Positions 22,749-31,784 of a DNA stretch of 64,000 bases are shown piece by piece; positions within the stretch are counted from its first letter, which is position 1, and each line of letters opens with the position of its first letter. The stretch spans positions 287,189-351,188 of the forward strand of contig CAVREY010000006.1 in assembly GCA_963720225.1 (NCBI GenBank), written 5' to 3'. This DNA is from an uncultured Acidobacteriota bacterium. Lineage in GTDB: Bacteria; Acidobacteriota; Terriglobia; Acidiferrales; UBA7541. Position numbers and translations under genes: made by a program. The notes beneath the pieces were generated by a model. It ran no database searches. It had not been told where the DNA came from and worked only from the letters and a program-made list of their open reading frames with translations.

Positions 22749-23732
22749 TTACTTTTGCGGCTGTTCCTGGTCCATTTGCTTCAGCTTTTGCTCCAGCAGC
22801 GCCTTTTCCTGCGCTTTGCTCAGCTTGGGGAACAACAGCACGAACTGGAGCCGGATGCCCCACGACGAAGTTCCCGCCGGATGCACGGCATTGCCGTAAA
22901 CCTGAGCGGTGATGTTGACGGGCTGAAATCCCAGCTTTGTGATTCGGCCTATGCCTCCGCCGAACGGCACGGTCCACACGTCGCCGCTGGGAGCGCGCCA
23001 ATTCGCGGTGATAATCGGCGACGTCGTGAGATACCAGCCTTTCTTCATGTTGTAGTTCACAAACCACTGCAGTAGGAACTGATTCACCGGAGGCTTGTTC
23101 ACTCCGCCGGCGGAATTGAAGTTCGACTGGCCCGCAACGGACCAGACGTTGTTGGCCAGAAACCCGATCGTATAGTGCGACGGCTGAATCAGCGCGACCA
23201 CCGAAGGTCCCAGGCTGAATTTTCCCTGGCCTAGATACGTCGTATTCGTCGCGGTGGGAAATACGAACGTCGGTCCGATGCCCCAAATGAACTTGCTCTT
23301 CTTCGGCGAAAGAAAAAATGTCGGGTTCATGTCGCCGAGCCCGTACACGCCCGTCGACTGATTCGGCGGACCCGAAACCTGCGGCACCGGAAGCGGTTGA
23401 TAAACGATCGGGGTGATCCAGCGGACGATCAAATTCCAATTTTGTCCCACGCTGATCGGAATCACCGGCTGGATGTTCAAGACGTTCTGGGTGCGGTCCG
23501 CGGGACCGATCCCGAAATTGAAATTGTCTTGTACAGGGACGCTGATTAGGCTCGCGACCGGATTCTGCGCCGCTTTTCTCAGTTCGTCGGAGTTTGTCGC
23601 GGCGGCCGGCGTCTGATCGGTGGCGACCTGAGTTCCTTCCGGTCCGACGGGTGTGTCCTGTGCGAACATTGGGCACGCGGCCGCTAGAAACATCGCGAGC
23701 ATGGTTAGTACGGCGCGTTCCATCGTCTTCAT
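22749..23732 (-). CDS. putative outer-membrane beta-barrel protein
   Basis: ATG at 23732. Signal peptide ..AVLTMLAMFLAAACPMFAQD. Strand-like repeats LISVPVQDNFNFGIGP.. and a Lys/Glu-rich C-terminal tail. Confidence 0.7.
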   Translation of the reverse strand: MKTMERAVLTMLAMFLAAACPMFAQDTPVGPEGTQVATDQTPAAATNSDELRKAAQNPVASLISVPVQDNFNFGIGPADRTQNVLNIQPVIPISVGQNWNLIVRWITPIVYQPLPVPQVSGPPNQSTGVYGLGDMNPTFFLSPKKSKFIWGIGPTFVFPTATNTTYLGQGKFSLGPSVVALIQPSHYTIGFLANNVWSVAGQSNFNSAGGVNKPPVNQFLLQWFVNYNMKKGWYLTTSPIITANWRAPSGDVWTVPFGGGIGRITKLGFQPVNITAQVYGNAVHPAGTSSWGIRLQFVLLFPKLSKAQEKALLEQKLKQMDQEQPQK

Positions 23733-23886
23733 CACGGAGGGTTTCTCCCGAGTCGCGCGTCGCGTAGAGTCCTGGCGCCACTCGTTTCAGCCGAGAGCGT
23801 GACTGCGACGGCAAATGTTTTGAACTGTCAAAAGTGACAGGTAGGTCGCACGGCCGCGAAATCGCGGTGGAGGGGGCTGTGGGACG

Positions 23887-24819
23887 CTAAGACGCGCTGG
23901 CGTTGTACCAGCTCAGTACGCGGAGCGCGCGGAGAGTGTTCCAGCGGCTTGCGCTCGCGATGTGTGTCTCCATTTTCACGGGAAGATATTCGAGATGGAC
24001 GAGGTTGAGGGGCCAGCGGCCGTTCTGGTGGCGTCGCGCGAGCACCACGTCGATGGCTTCGCGCATGCGGCCGTCGGGCTGGACTTCCGCGTCGCGCAAA
24101 TAGTCCAGAGCGCGCAGAACGTCATAGTGCCACGACGGCGGATACGCAAAACGCAGCCAACTTTTATTAATTATTTTTCCGGTGCGCAGCGAGCGGAACA
24201 GGCCTCGCTCGAGCAAATATTTTTCGCCACGCCTGCGAGCCTGGGTGAAGGCAACGGATTTGCGGCCGGCGCGTTCGTATGCCAGCAACCCTTCCAGCAC
24301 GTTGATCGTGGTGTGAAACGATGAGCGGTGGCGCTTCGGCGCCTCGCAATTCCAGCCGCCGTCGGAAAGCTGCTCGCCGAGAAGCTGATCCGCGAGCGCG
24401 TCGTTCGGGGTCGCGAAGTACGCTCCGAGCCCGAGAATTCTTCCGTTGATGCACGGCTCGGTCTCGCCGCGAAGATACGGGCGATTCTTGAGCGGCTTGA
24501 AAACCAGATGCTTTTCGACGCGCCCGATCATCTTGCGCGCTTGTGGGCTTTTCGGATCGAGGCCGAGGTCCATCAGTGCGACGAGACTGTAGAGCGTGGT
24601 TAGGTCCCACTGGCGTCCGCCCGGCCAGTTGCCGCGCGGAGATTGCCGCGCGAGAAGTCTTGCCCCCCAGCCTTTGGTGGCGACTCTTGCGCGTTCAGCG
24701 GCAATCGCGGCGGGATCGGCGTCGGTGAGATCGCGCATCACTTGCCAGCGGATCGAGGGATCCGAATCGAGCAGCCATTTCAAGCGCGCGGGGCTCGGGG
24801 CATAGTCGGCGATGCGCAT
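23887..24819 (-). CDS. alpha/alpha-toroid (prenyltransferase/terpene-cyclase-repeat-like) protein
   Basis: ATG at 24819. Repeats of the type QSPRGNWPGG, QLSDGGWN, RHQNGRWP. Function unknown. Confidence 0.6.
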   Translation of the reverse strand: MRIADYAPSPARLKWLLDSDPSIRWQVMRDLTDADPAAIAAERARVATKGWGARLLARQSPRGNWPGGRQWDLTTLYSLVALMDLGLDPKSPQARKMIGRVEKHLVFKPLKNRPYLRGETEPCINGRILGLGAYFATPNDALADQLLGEQLSDGGWNCEAPKRHRSSFHTTINVLEGLLAYERAGRKSVAFTQARRRGEKYLLERGLFRSLRTGKIINKSWLRFAYPPSWHYDVLRALDYLRDAEVQPDGRMREAIDVVLARRHQNGRWPLNLVHLEYLPVKMETHIASASRWNTLRALRVLSWYNASAS

Positions 24820-24995
24820 TCGTAATTTATAGCATGGCCGATTGGAATCGTGGCCGGTCGCCTTCCGACAGCGCGCTTCGTCCATCACAGGAAGATCGCT
24901 CGCAGTGTAAGTTTTGACAGTACCGCCAGGCGGCCCGGAAGCGCACGGTAAGGACGAGGCACGGATTTCCGCTCAAAGTCTGTCGACGAGGATGA

Positions 24996-25691
24996 ATGAA
25001 GAACGTACTGCTCTGCATTAGCCTGGCGTTCGTGCTGGCTACTCCGGTGTCCGCCCAGAAAAAAGAACAGAGCCGGCTGGAAAATTCGGGACTGGTCATG
25101 AAGGAGATTCTCGCGGCGCCTCACACCGTTCCCCAGAGCGTTCTCGATGGCGCCTATTGCGTGGTGGTGCTGCCGTCGGTTTTGAAATTTTCGTTCGGTC
25201 TGGGGAGCAGCTACGGCCGAGGTGTAATGACGTGCCGCGGCGGCGCTTCGTTCGATGGTCCGTGGGGAGCGCCAACCATGATGGCGCTTTTTGGCGCCAG
25301 CGCCGGCCTTCAGTTCGGAGGCGAAGCCACCGACTTTGTCCTGCTGCTCATGAGCCCGCGCTCCGCTTCCAGCATTCTCACCAGCAAAGTGAAACTGGGC
25401 GGCGACGCTACGGCCGCGGCTGGCCCGTTTGGCCGCACTGCCTCCGCCGAAACCGACATCACCATGCGAGCTGAAATTCTTTCCTACTCGAGAGCTCGGG
25501 GACTTTTCGCGGGCGTGTCACTCGCTGGTTCCACGCTTCGCGCCGACAACGGCGCCAACAAGAATCTCTACGGCAAAGATATAAGCGCGAAAGCGATCGT
25601 CTTCGAAAAAGCCGTCCCGCCGCCTCCCTCCGCCGAACTCCTGCTGGCGACGCTCCAAAAAGCAACGCCGGTAAAGACCAAAAAGAACTGA
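24996..25691 (+). CDS. lipid-binding SYLF (Ysc84-like, DUF500) domain protein, secreted
   Basis: Signal peptide MKNVLLCISLAFVLATPVSAQ. Typical SYLF layout ..AYCVVVLPSVLKFSFGLGSSYGRGV... Confidence 0.8.
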   Translation: MKNVLLCISLAFVLATPVSAQKKEQSRLENSGLVMKEILAAPHTVPQSVLDGAYCVVVLPSVLKFSFGLGSSYGRGVMTCRGGASFDGPWGAPTMMALFGASAGLQFGGEATDFVLLLMSPRSASSILTSKVKLGGDATAAAGPFGRTASAETDITMRAEILSYSRARGLFAGVSLAGSTLRADNGANKNLYGKDISAKAIVFEKAVPPPPSAELLLATLQKATPVKTKKN

Positions 25692-25796
25692 CGCCGCCTG
25701 CCGTACCGCCAGCCTAGATGTTTTCTTCCGGGTGCGGACGCAATGTACGTGAGATTCCCAGCAATATCCGGAATCACGCGGTTTGGACGGCTGCGC

Positions 25797-26267
25797 TTAC
25801 TGCTTGTCGTAGACGAAAATCTCTTTGGGGTCGGCGTATTCGTGGATAAGGGTTCGACCGTCGGCCGAAATCGTCCGCGTATCGATAACCGGCTTGAGCC
25901 CGATGACCACAACGGTGGCGTTGGGGACCTTTATATCGAGGGTGGACGCGATCATCAGTACCGAATCGTGCCAGCTCGCCGTCGAACTCAATTGACCTGA
26001 TGACATATTCTGCGTGACCCGCTTTTTCCCATCCGGCGTGTAGGACTCCGTAGTCTTCTTGCCGTCCGTTGTGTAGTGAAAAACGATCGCGAACTTCTTG
26101 TGATCGATGACGAGGGTTTCGGATTTCGTTGTCGTGTCCTTCTCGGGAGCACTCTTGGCGAGGTTGAGAACCCAGGTGCCGGCGAAGTCGGGCGGCGCGG
26201 TAGTTTGCGCCAGCGCCGGAGACATTACGGTAAGAACCAGCGTAATCGCGATCAGAACTTGACGCAC
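25797..26267 (-). CDS. hypothetical secreted protein (lipocalin-like size)
   Basis: GTG start at 26267. Signal peptide RQVLIAITLVLTVMSPALAQ. Confidence 0.6.
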   Translation of the reverse strand: MRQVLIAITLVLTVMSPALAQTTAPPDFAGTWVLNLAKSAPEKDTTTKSETLVIDHKKFAIVFHYTTDGKKTTESYTPDGKKRVTQNMSSGQLSSTASWHDSVLMIASTLDIKVPNATVVVIGLKPVIDTRTISADGRTLIHEYADPKEIFVYDKQ

Positions 26268-26421
26268 GGAAGTACATCTCTCCTGGGCGGGGATTCTAGT
26301 ACAGCTCGCGAATTTCGAAGCGAGTATCTTGTGGATAACATACTATCCGGTAACTGGAGCACGGATGCGTTCGGCCTGAGACGTCGACGTAATTGGCGAG
26401 GAGTTGTGTAGAATTGCGCCG

Positions 26422-26910
26422 ATGAATCCATTTCTATTTATCGGCGACGAAACGCCGCCAGGCGAACCGGTTCGGATGCAGTGGTTTCCGCGGCGGCGAG
26501 ATTGGAAATGGCCGGAGGATTATCGGAGCTGCATGGGCTGGGACTTCGCGCTCATGATCGCGGGCTGTGTTTTCAACATCGCGCGGGGAACGGGTCATCC
26601 TTATTGGCGCACTTTTCCGGAAATCCTGCTGGCGGGGACGGGATACTTCGCGTTGTCGGCCGTCGTGTGTGGAATTGCGCTGTAGGCACTGTGGAAAGAA
26701 AAAGGCTGGGCGCGCGATTGGGCCGTCATTGCCAGCGCGATGTTTGTGTTGGATTTCTTCCGGCAGTTTGCCGTGCACTCGCGGCCGGTCTGGGACCACC
26801 GCATAATTTCGCTGATTATCGGAATTGCCAGCGTGGCTGCGTTTTTGTGGCGCGATCGGGCGGCGAATACTTCAAGTCACCGAGAATATCCGCGCGGCAA
26901 GCTTCGATAA
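26422..26910 (+). pseudogene. four-TM membrane protein gene interrupted by an in-frame TAG (26683-26685)
   Basis: The same frame stays open and protein-like after the TAG (ALWKEKGWARDWAVIASAMFVLDFFRQFAVHSRPVWDHRIISLIIGIASVAAFLW..) up to TAA at 26908-26910. The amber codon falls at the end of predicted TM2. Confidence 0.45.
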
Positions 26911-26935
26911 TGGCGAGTCGAAGTGAACCGTTACG

Positions 26936-27337
26936 ATGAGAGACGAATTGCTGCGATTCGATGGCACTGTGGAGCGCGATCCGGCAATCGAAGCGTGGTT
27001 CGCGGAGCATTCGAACGAATTGGGAGCCATCGCGCGCCAGTGGTTTGAGCGGATGCGAAAGTGCGGCGACGAAGTCCGCGAGCTGATGCATGACGGCTGC
27101 CCGGTCGCGTGTTTGGGAGATGCGCCCTTCGGCTACGTCAACGTTTTCACCTCGCACGTGAATGTGGGATTCTTTCAGGGTGCCGCGCTGCCCGATCCGG
27201 CGCGCTTGTTGCGGGGTAGCGGAAAATTCATGCGTCATGTGAAGCTGAAACCGGGAGTGGCGACAAACACCGCAGCACTACGAAAGCTGATCGAAGCGGC
27301 GTACGCGGATATCAAGGCGCGCGTCGAACACTGGTAG
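26936..27337 (+). CDS. DUF1801 (YdhG-like) domain protein
   Basis: 133 aa. Characteristic ..HVNVGFFQGAALPDP..GKFMRHVKL... Confidence 0.75.
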   Translation: MRDELLRFDGTVERDPAIEAWFAEHSNELGAIARQWFERMRKCGDEVRELMHDGCPVACLGDAPFGYVNVFTSHVNVGFFQGAALPDPARLLRGSGKFMRHVKLKPGVATNTAALRKLIEAAYADIKARVEHW

Positions 27338-27418
27338 CTCACGCATGTCATGCGTCCGCCGCGGCGGATGCGCGGGCGCACTAAGATGGTCGCCGACAAA
27401 TAACACGGAGTCGTATCA

Positions 27419-28357
27419 ATGATCGAATCATCCGATCTGCGAGTGAAACGAATCCCGCTCGCGCACGGAGCGGGACAAATGCCCGCGCTCGGCTTCGGCA
27501 CGTTGATTTCCGACCCAGCCGTCACGCTCACCGCGACCGCCGCCGGCTTCGAAGCCGGATTCCGCCATTTCGATTGCGCCGAACGATACGGAAACGAGCG
27601 CGAGGTCGGCAGCGCGCTGCAGTCCGGGCTCGCCGCTCACAAAATCCCGCGCGAAGAAATCTTCGTCACCACAAAGGTGTGGAACACCAATCACCGCCCC
27701 GAACGCGTCGAGCCGGCGTTCGAAGGGAGCCGGAAAAAGCTCGCACTGGATTACCTGGACCTCTACCTGATCCACACACCATTCGCATTTCAGCCCGGCG
27801 ACAATCCCGATCCGCGCGATGAAAACGGAAACGTGATTTACGATCGCGAAGTCACGTTGCTCGACACTTGGAAAGCGATGGAAGCCCTCGTCGACCACGG
27901 CAAGTGCCGCGCCATTGGACTCTCAGACGTCTCGCTGGACCACCTAAAGCCCATCTACGAATCGGCAAGAATCAAGCCCGCCGCGGTGCAGGTGGAATCG
28001 CATCCGTATCTTCCGGAAACCGAGCTGCTCGAATACTGCAACCAGAAGGGAATTGTGTTCCTGGCTTTCGCGCCGCTCGGGCACGGAGCCACGCACGGGC
28101 CGCTCGCAGATCCGGTGATCACCGCGATCGCCGCGCGCCTCAGAAAGACCCACGCACAAGTCCTTCTGGCGTGGGCGATTCAACGCGGCACCGCCGTGCT
28201 TACCACGCCCAAGAACGCAGCCCGCGCCAAAGAAAATTTCGATGTCTCTGCTCTTCCCCAAGACACGTTCGACGAAATCACTCGCATTCAGACCCGCCAA
28301 CGCTTGAACCAAGTGGTGAAAACCGGCATCCCAGGATTTATTCCAAAAGGAGAATGA
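27419..28357 (+). CDS. aldo/keto reductase
   Basis: AKR motifs FDCAERYGNEREVG and LDYLDLYLIHTP. ACGGAG Shine-Dalgarno upstream. Confidence 0.9.
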   Translation: MIESSDLRVKRIPLAHGAGQMPALGFGTLISDPAVTLTATAAGFEAGFRHFDCAERYGNEREVGSALQSGLAAHKIPREEIFVTTKVWNTNHRPERVEPAFEGSRKKLALDYLDLYLIHTPFAFQPGDNPDPRDENGNVIYDREVTLLDTWKAMEALVDHGKCRAIGLSDVSLDHLKPIYESARIKPAAVQVESHPYLPETELLEYCNQKGIVFLAFAPLGHGATHGPLADPVITAIAARLRKTHAQVLLAWAIQRGTAVLTTPKNAARAKENFDVSALPQDTFDEITRIQTRQRLNQVVKTGIPGFIPKGE

Positions 28358-28408
28358 ACATTGAAGCTCCCGGTGCCCGCTTAGAAGCTGCGCTTCGGTC
28401 TCTCGTTG

Positions 28409-28897
28409 CTACGGATGACGCAACACGAGACATTTCGCAACGATGTCGTGCAATACCTGCTTCTTTTTGGTGAAGCCGCACATTGCGTAGCCGACTCCAG
28501 CTGTCGTGCTGGAAAGGCACTTCGACAAATTACGACCCGTGGCACGAGCTAAGCGCAATCGGTTCCCCGCAGAGTCAGTTACGTAGAGGCGAAGTATTTT
28601 CTTTCCGATTGTGCCCTGCCACGAAGAGTTTTCCAGCAAGGCGAAGTAGAGCCATGTTACGAGGGTTAGGACCGGCGGCAAGATGACAATCATTAACGTC
28701 GCGCGATCGTTTATTGTTCCGATGCTCGCAATCCCGATAGTTAGCCCCACAAAATACGTGATCACGACAAACGGCATAAATAAAATCAGGGAGTCGAGCA
28801 GCGCAGCACAGAACCGAAGCCAGAATCTCGCGTACTTCCCCGGCACGCTGGGTTGGATTATTTGCAGAGCTTCCATGAGTTTCGGCGAGCATAGCAT
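28409..28897 (-). CDS. RDD family membrane protein
   Basis: ..YARFWLRFCAALLDSLILF.. and a conserved Arg/Asp pattern. Visibly lower GC than the flanks. Start may be 28897 or 28876. Confidence 0.65.
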   Translation of the reverse strand: MLCSPKLMEALQIIQPSVPGKYARFWLRFCAALLDSLILFMPFVVITYFVGLTIGIASIGTINDRATLMIVILPPVLTLVTWLYFALLENSSWQGTIGKKILRLYVTDSAGNRLRLARATGRNLSKCLSSTTAGVGYAMCGFTKKKQVLHDIVAKCLVLRHP

Positions 28898-29024
28898 CCA
28901 TCGCCACGCAGTTTACGGCACAGTCCGAACGATGGATTATTAGTTCAGATTGAGGCGCAACGGCGTTCCGGCTTGATTACCGGCCGTGTCCAAGTGACGT
29001 TCCGTGATTTATTCCGAAAGGAGG

Positions 29025-29444
29025 ATGAGCATGTCAGCGACACCGCAGCCCGCGCAATCCATTCAGGAGCAACAAATCCGCGCGGCACTGGATCAGCATT
29101 GGGCGGCATCCGACGCCAACGATTTCGTTACCGAGCACCTCATCTATCTCGAGGACGCGGTGTTGGACTATCCGCAGTCCGGCGAGCGAACCCGCGGTCG
29201 AGCCAACATCCAGGCGCAGCGTTCCGGTCAGCCGAGCAACAAGCGTTTTTCTGTGAGGCGTATTGTTGGCAGCGGCGAGCTGTGGGTCACCGAATTCATC
29301 CTCACCTACGACGGCAAGCCCTCCTACACCGTCAGCATCATGGAGTTTAACGGCGATAAGGTCGCGCGCGAGACTCAGTACTTCGCCGATCCATTCGAAG
29401 CCCCCGCCTTCCGTGCCAACTTGGTCGAACGGATGGACAGCTAA
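29025..29444 (+). CDS. SnoaL-like / NTF2-fold protein
   Basis: AGGAGG sits just upstream of ATGAGCATG. About 139 aa of NTF2-like size and pattern. Start may be 29025 or 29031. Confidence 0.7.
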   Translation: MSMSATPQPAQSIQEQQIRAALDQHWAASDANDFVTEHLIYLEDAVLDYPQSGERTRGRANIQAQRSGQPSNKRFSVRRIVGSGELWVTEFILTYDGKPSYTVSIMEFNGDKVARETQYFADPFEAPAFRANLVERMDS

Positions 29445-30118
29445 TCTCGACGCGCGGCTCCGGAAATCAGGCGCGCGTTACGCAATTCCAACCGTGATGG
29501 CGAACCGGGCCGGCAAACCACATAGGCGAAGTCCAGCCTGTTCCACAATCTGTCTCACCTAGTTTGTTCTTGCCGGGTCATGCGGGGTGCCAGCACTTCG
29601 TTTTTCGCCATCCCAATTCTGGCAACCGCGGCGTGCTTGGCACAATCAACATAAGAGAGAAAGCACGTGGGGACAGGCTGGAGTTCGCCTGTGTGACGTT
29701 GCCGCTCGCATTTGCCGGTCCCGGCACGATTGCGCGCCAAGTAAATCACATCCCTCGTCACCGCCCGCTCTCCGGCGACCAAGTCTATGTGAGTGCGGAG
29801 GCTCGCCACCGCTTTTCCGAAGACGCCCACGCTACAAAACGACGCAGGCCGAAGGCCGGGCACCGAGCGCCTCCTCCGAGACACTCTCGCGAGTCGCGAA
29901 GTCTTGCCCGCTCGGCGCGTGAACGATGGTCGCCGCCGCTAACTTGGGCGAGAGCGGTGGCAAGCCCCCGCACTCTCATCGTGTTCTGCCGTTGATCAAG
30001 TGATCCTCGCGGTTGAGTGTTCGTCGTGGAGAGATCTCGCCGTTACCGGCTGTAGCCGCGCCGTTCGAATGTCTGTCGAGCTTCATCCCGCCCGATAAAG
30101 CCCGCCTGCATTTTGTGC

Positions 30119-30147
30119 TTGACAATCCATAACCGAACGGTTATTGT
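30119..30147 (+). promoter_or_regulatory. promoter TTGACA-17-TATTGT with embedded palindromic operator ATAACCG-AA-CGGTTAT
   Basis: TTGACA at 30119-30124 and TATTGT at 30142-30147. The 7-bp-arm inverted repeat at 30129-30144 lies in the spacer. It sits upstream of the small-membrane-protein/ArsR/SRPBCC genes. Confidence 0.5.
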
Positions 30148-30252
30148 TCTGGTGTGCGCGGCGGAGGAGGGAATCGCTCAACCGCCTCGCCCGCCGGTTC
30201 AGTAGACCAGACCCGGCCAGCCGCCAGAACATCGCACCAGAAGGGGGTCATC

Positions 30253-30489
30253 ATGATCAGTGCCGCCAGAGAAAGGCTGATCCTTCGCTGGATTCACATC
30301 ATCATCAGCATTCCCATCTACGGATACCTCTACAGCCCGTTTGACCAGCTTCCAAAGTACGCGCACCTCACGCGATGGTATTTCTTTCCCACCATGGTGC
30401 TCACCGGGCTGTGGATGTGGAAAGGGCACTTGCTTCGCAGATTTCTTTCGAATAGGGCAGCCTTGCAACACGCAGCAGCGAGCCGATAA
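30253..30489 (+). CDS. small membrane protein (79 aa)
   Basis: MISAARERLILRWIHIIISIPIYGYLY.. contains two hydrophobic helices. An alternative GTG at 30154 would coincide with the predicted transcription start. Confidence 0.5.
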   Translation: MISAARERLILRWIHIIISIPIYGYLYSPFDQLPKYAHLTRWYFFPTMVLTGLWMWKGHLLRRFLSNRAALQHAAASR

Positions 30490-30511
30490 GCGAACGCTGC
30501 GCCCGGACACT

Positions 30512-30847
30512 ATGAACACAGCCGCACAATCGGTAGCAAACGAAGTCTTCAGGGCACTCGCCGATCCCACGCGGCGCTCGATTTTCGAGCACTTGTCGCG
30601 CGAAGGAGAGCAGACTGTTCACGCCTTGACTCTTCGCGCGGGCGTGTCGCAGCCGGCCGTGTCCAAGCATCTCGGCGTGTTGAAAAACGCCAAGCTGGTG
30701 CGCGACCGGCGCGACGGCCGCGAAACCCACTACAGCGCGCAGCCGAAATCCCTGGCGCCGCTGGCCGACTGGATGAACGTGTACGGCGCTTTCTGGCGCG
30801 AAAAGTTTGACCGGCTCGAATCTCTACTAAAAAGGATGGACCAATGA
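30512..30847 (+). CDS. ArsR/SmtB family transcriptional regulator
   Basis: ATG at 30512. HTH region FRALADPTRRSIFEHL..LTLRAGVSQPAVSKHLGVLKNAKLV. Confidence 0.88.
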   Translation: MNTAAQSVANEVFRALADPTRRSIFEHLSREGEQTVHALTLRAGVSQPAVSKHLGVLKNAKLVRDRRDGRETHYSAQPKSLAPLADWMNVYGAFWREKFDRLESLLKRMDQ

Positions 30848-31266
30848 GTGGAACCGCCGCGACAACAACTCTGGTGATCGAACGGGACATGCCGCATCCT
30901 CCACAAAAAGTCTGGCGCGCGCTCACCCAGCAACCGCTGATCGAAGAGTGGCTGATGAAAAACGATTTCGCGCCGAATGTGGGCCACAAGTTCAAGTTTC
31001 GCTCGCAGCCCGTGCAGGGTTGGGACGGAGTGATCGACGCGGAAGTGCTCACTCTCGAGCCGCACACGCGGATCGTCTATAGCTGGGCCACCATGGGCGC
31101 AACCAGCATGGTCACGTGGACGCTCACGCCGACCAAGGCCGGCACGCATCTGCGCATGGAGCAGACCGGGTTCGCGTCAGAAGAAGACCGCGCTTACAAG
31201 GGCGCCAAGTACGGATGGACCAGCTTCATCGGTAAGATGGAAGAGGTGGTCGCCAAGCTCGACTAG
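30844..31266 (+). CDS. SRPBCC (AHSA1/Aha1-like) domain protein
   Basis: The ATG overlaps the ArsR stop (ATGA). ..PQKVWRALTQQPLIEEWLM..GTHLRMEQTGF... Confidence 0.85.
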   Translation: MSGTAATTTLVIERDMPHPPQKVWRALTQQPLIEEWLMKNDFAPNVGHKFKFRSQPVQGWDGVIDAEVLTLEPHTRIVYSWATMGATSMVTWTLTPTKAGTHLRMEQTGFASEEDRAYKGAKYGWTSFIGKMEEVVAKLD

Positions 31267-31320
31267 CGCTCGTGCGGCCGTTGCTACGATCTTGCGATTA
31301 CAAACCGTGAGGATAGCGAA

Positions 31321-31749
31321 ATGAATAAATTGACTGCGAGCGATGGACGGCCGGCGTCGGAGCTGATCTCCGAGAGAATTGCGGAACTCGGAGACTGGCG
31401 CGGGAAGACTCTCGCTCGCATGCGTAAGCTGATCAAGGAAGCGGACGCGGATGCCGTTGAAGAATGGAAGTGGGGAATTCCGGTGTGGTCCCACGACGGC
31501 ATCCTGTGCACCGGCGAAACCTACAAAGCGGCGGTGAAGCTCACGTTTGCCAAAGGCGCGGACTTGCACGACCCAAAGCGTCTTTTCAATTCGAGCTTGG
31601 AAGGAAACGTACGCCGCGCCATCGACATCCACGAAGGCGAAGAACTGGACGCCACCGCATTCAAGGCGCTGATCCGCGATGCGGTCGCGTTCAATACATC
31701 GCTCAAATCCGCAAAGAAACCCAAATCAAAGGCAAAAGCGAGCTCGTAA
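31321..31749 (+). CDS. DUF1801 (YdhG-like) domain protein
   Basis: GTGAGGA Shine-Dalgarno upstream. ..EEWKWGIPVWSHDGILCTGETYKAAVKLTFAKGA... Confidence 0.78.
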   Translation: MNKLTASDGRPASELISERIAELGDWRGKTLARMRKLIKEADADAVEEWKWGIPVWSHDGILCTGETYKAAVKLTFAKGADLHDPKRLFNSSLEGNVRRAIDIHEGEELDATAFKALIRDAVAFNTSLKSAKKPKSKAKASS

Positions 31750-31784
31750 AGTGATTTCGCCTCCGCCTCGGACACCTCGTGGAA

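Noticed and set aside
22303-23814. 503-aa ORF on the minus strand
   Set aside because: It overlaps both the desaturase start and the OM-barrel gene in a different frame. It is extremely Arg-rich with no signal or domain. The 328-aa frame with a signal peptide is preferred.
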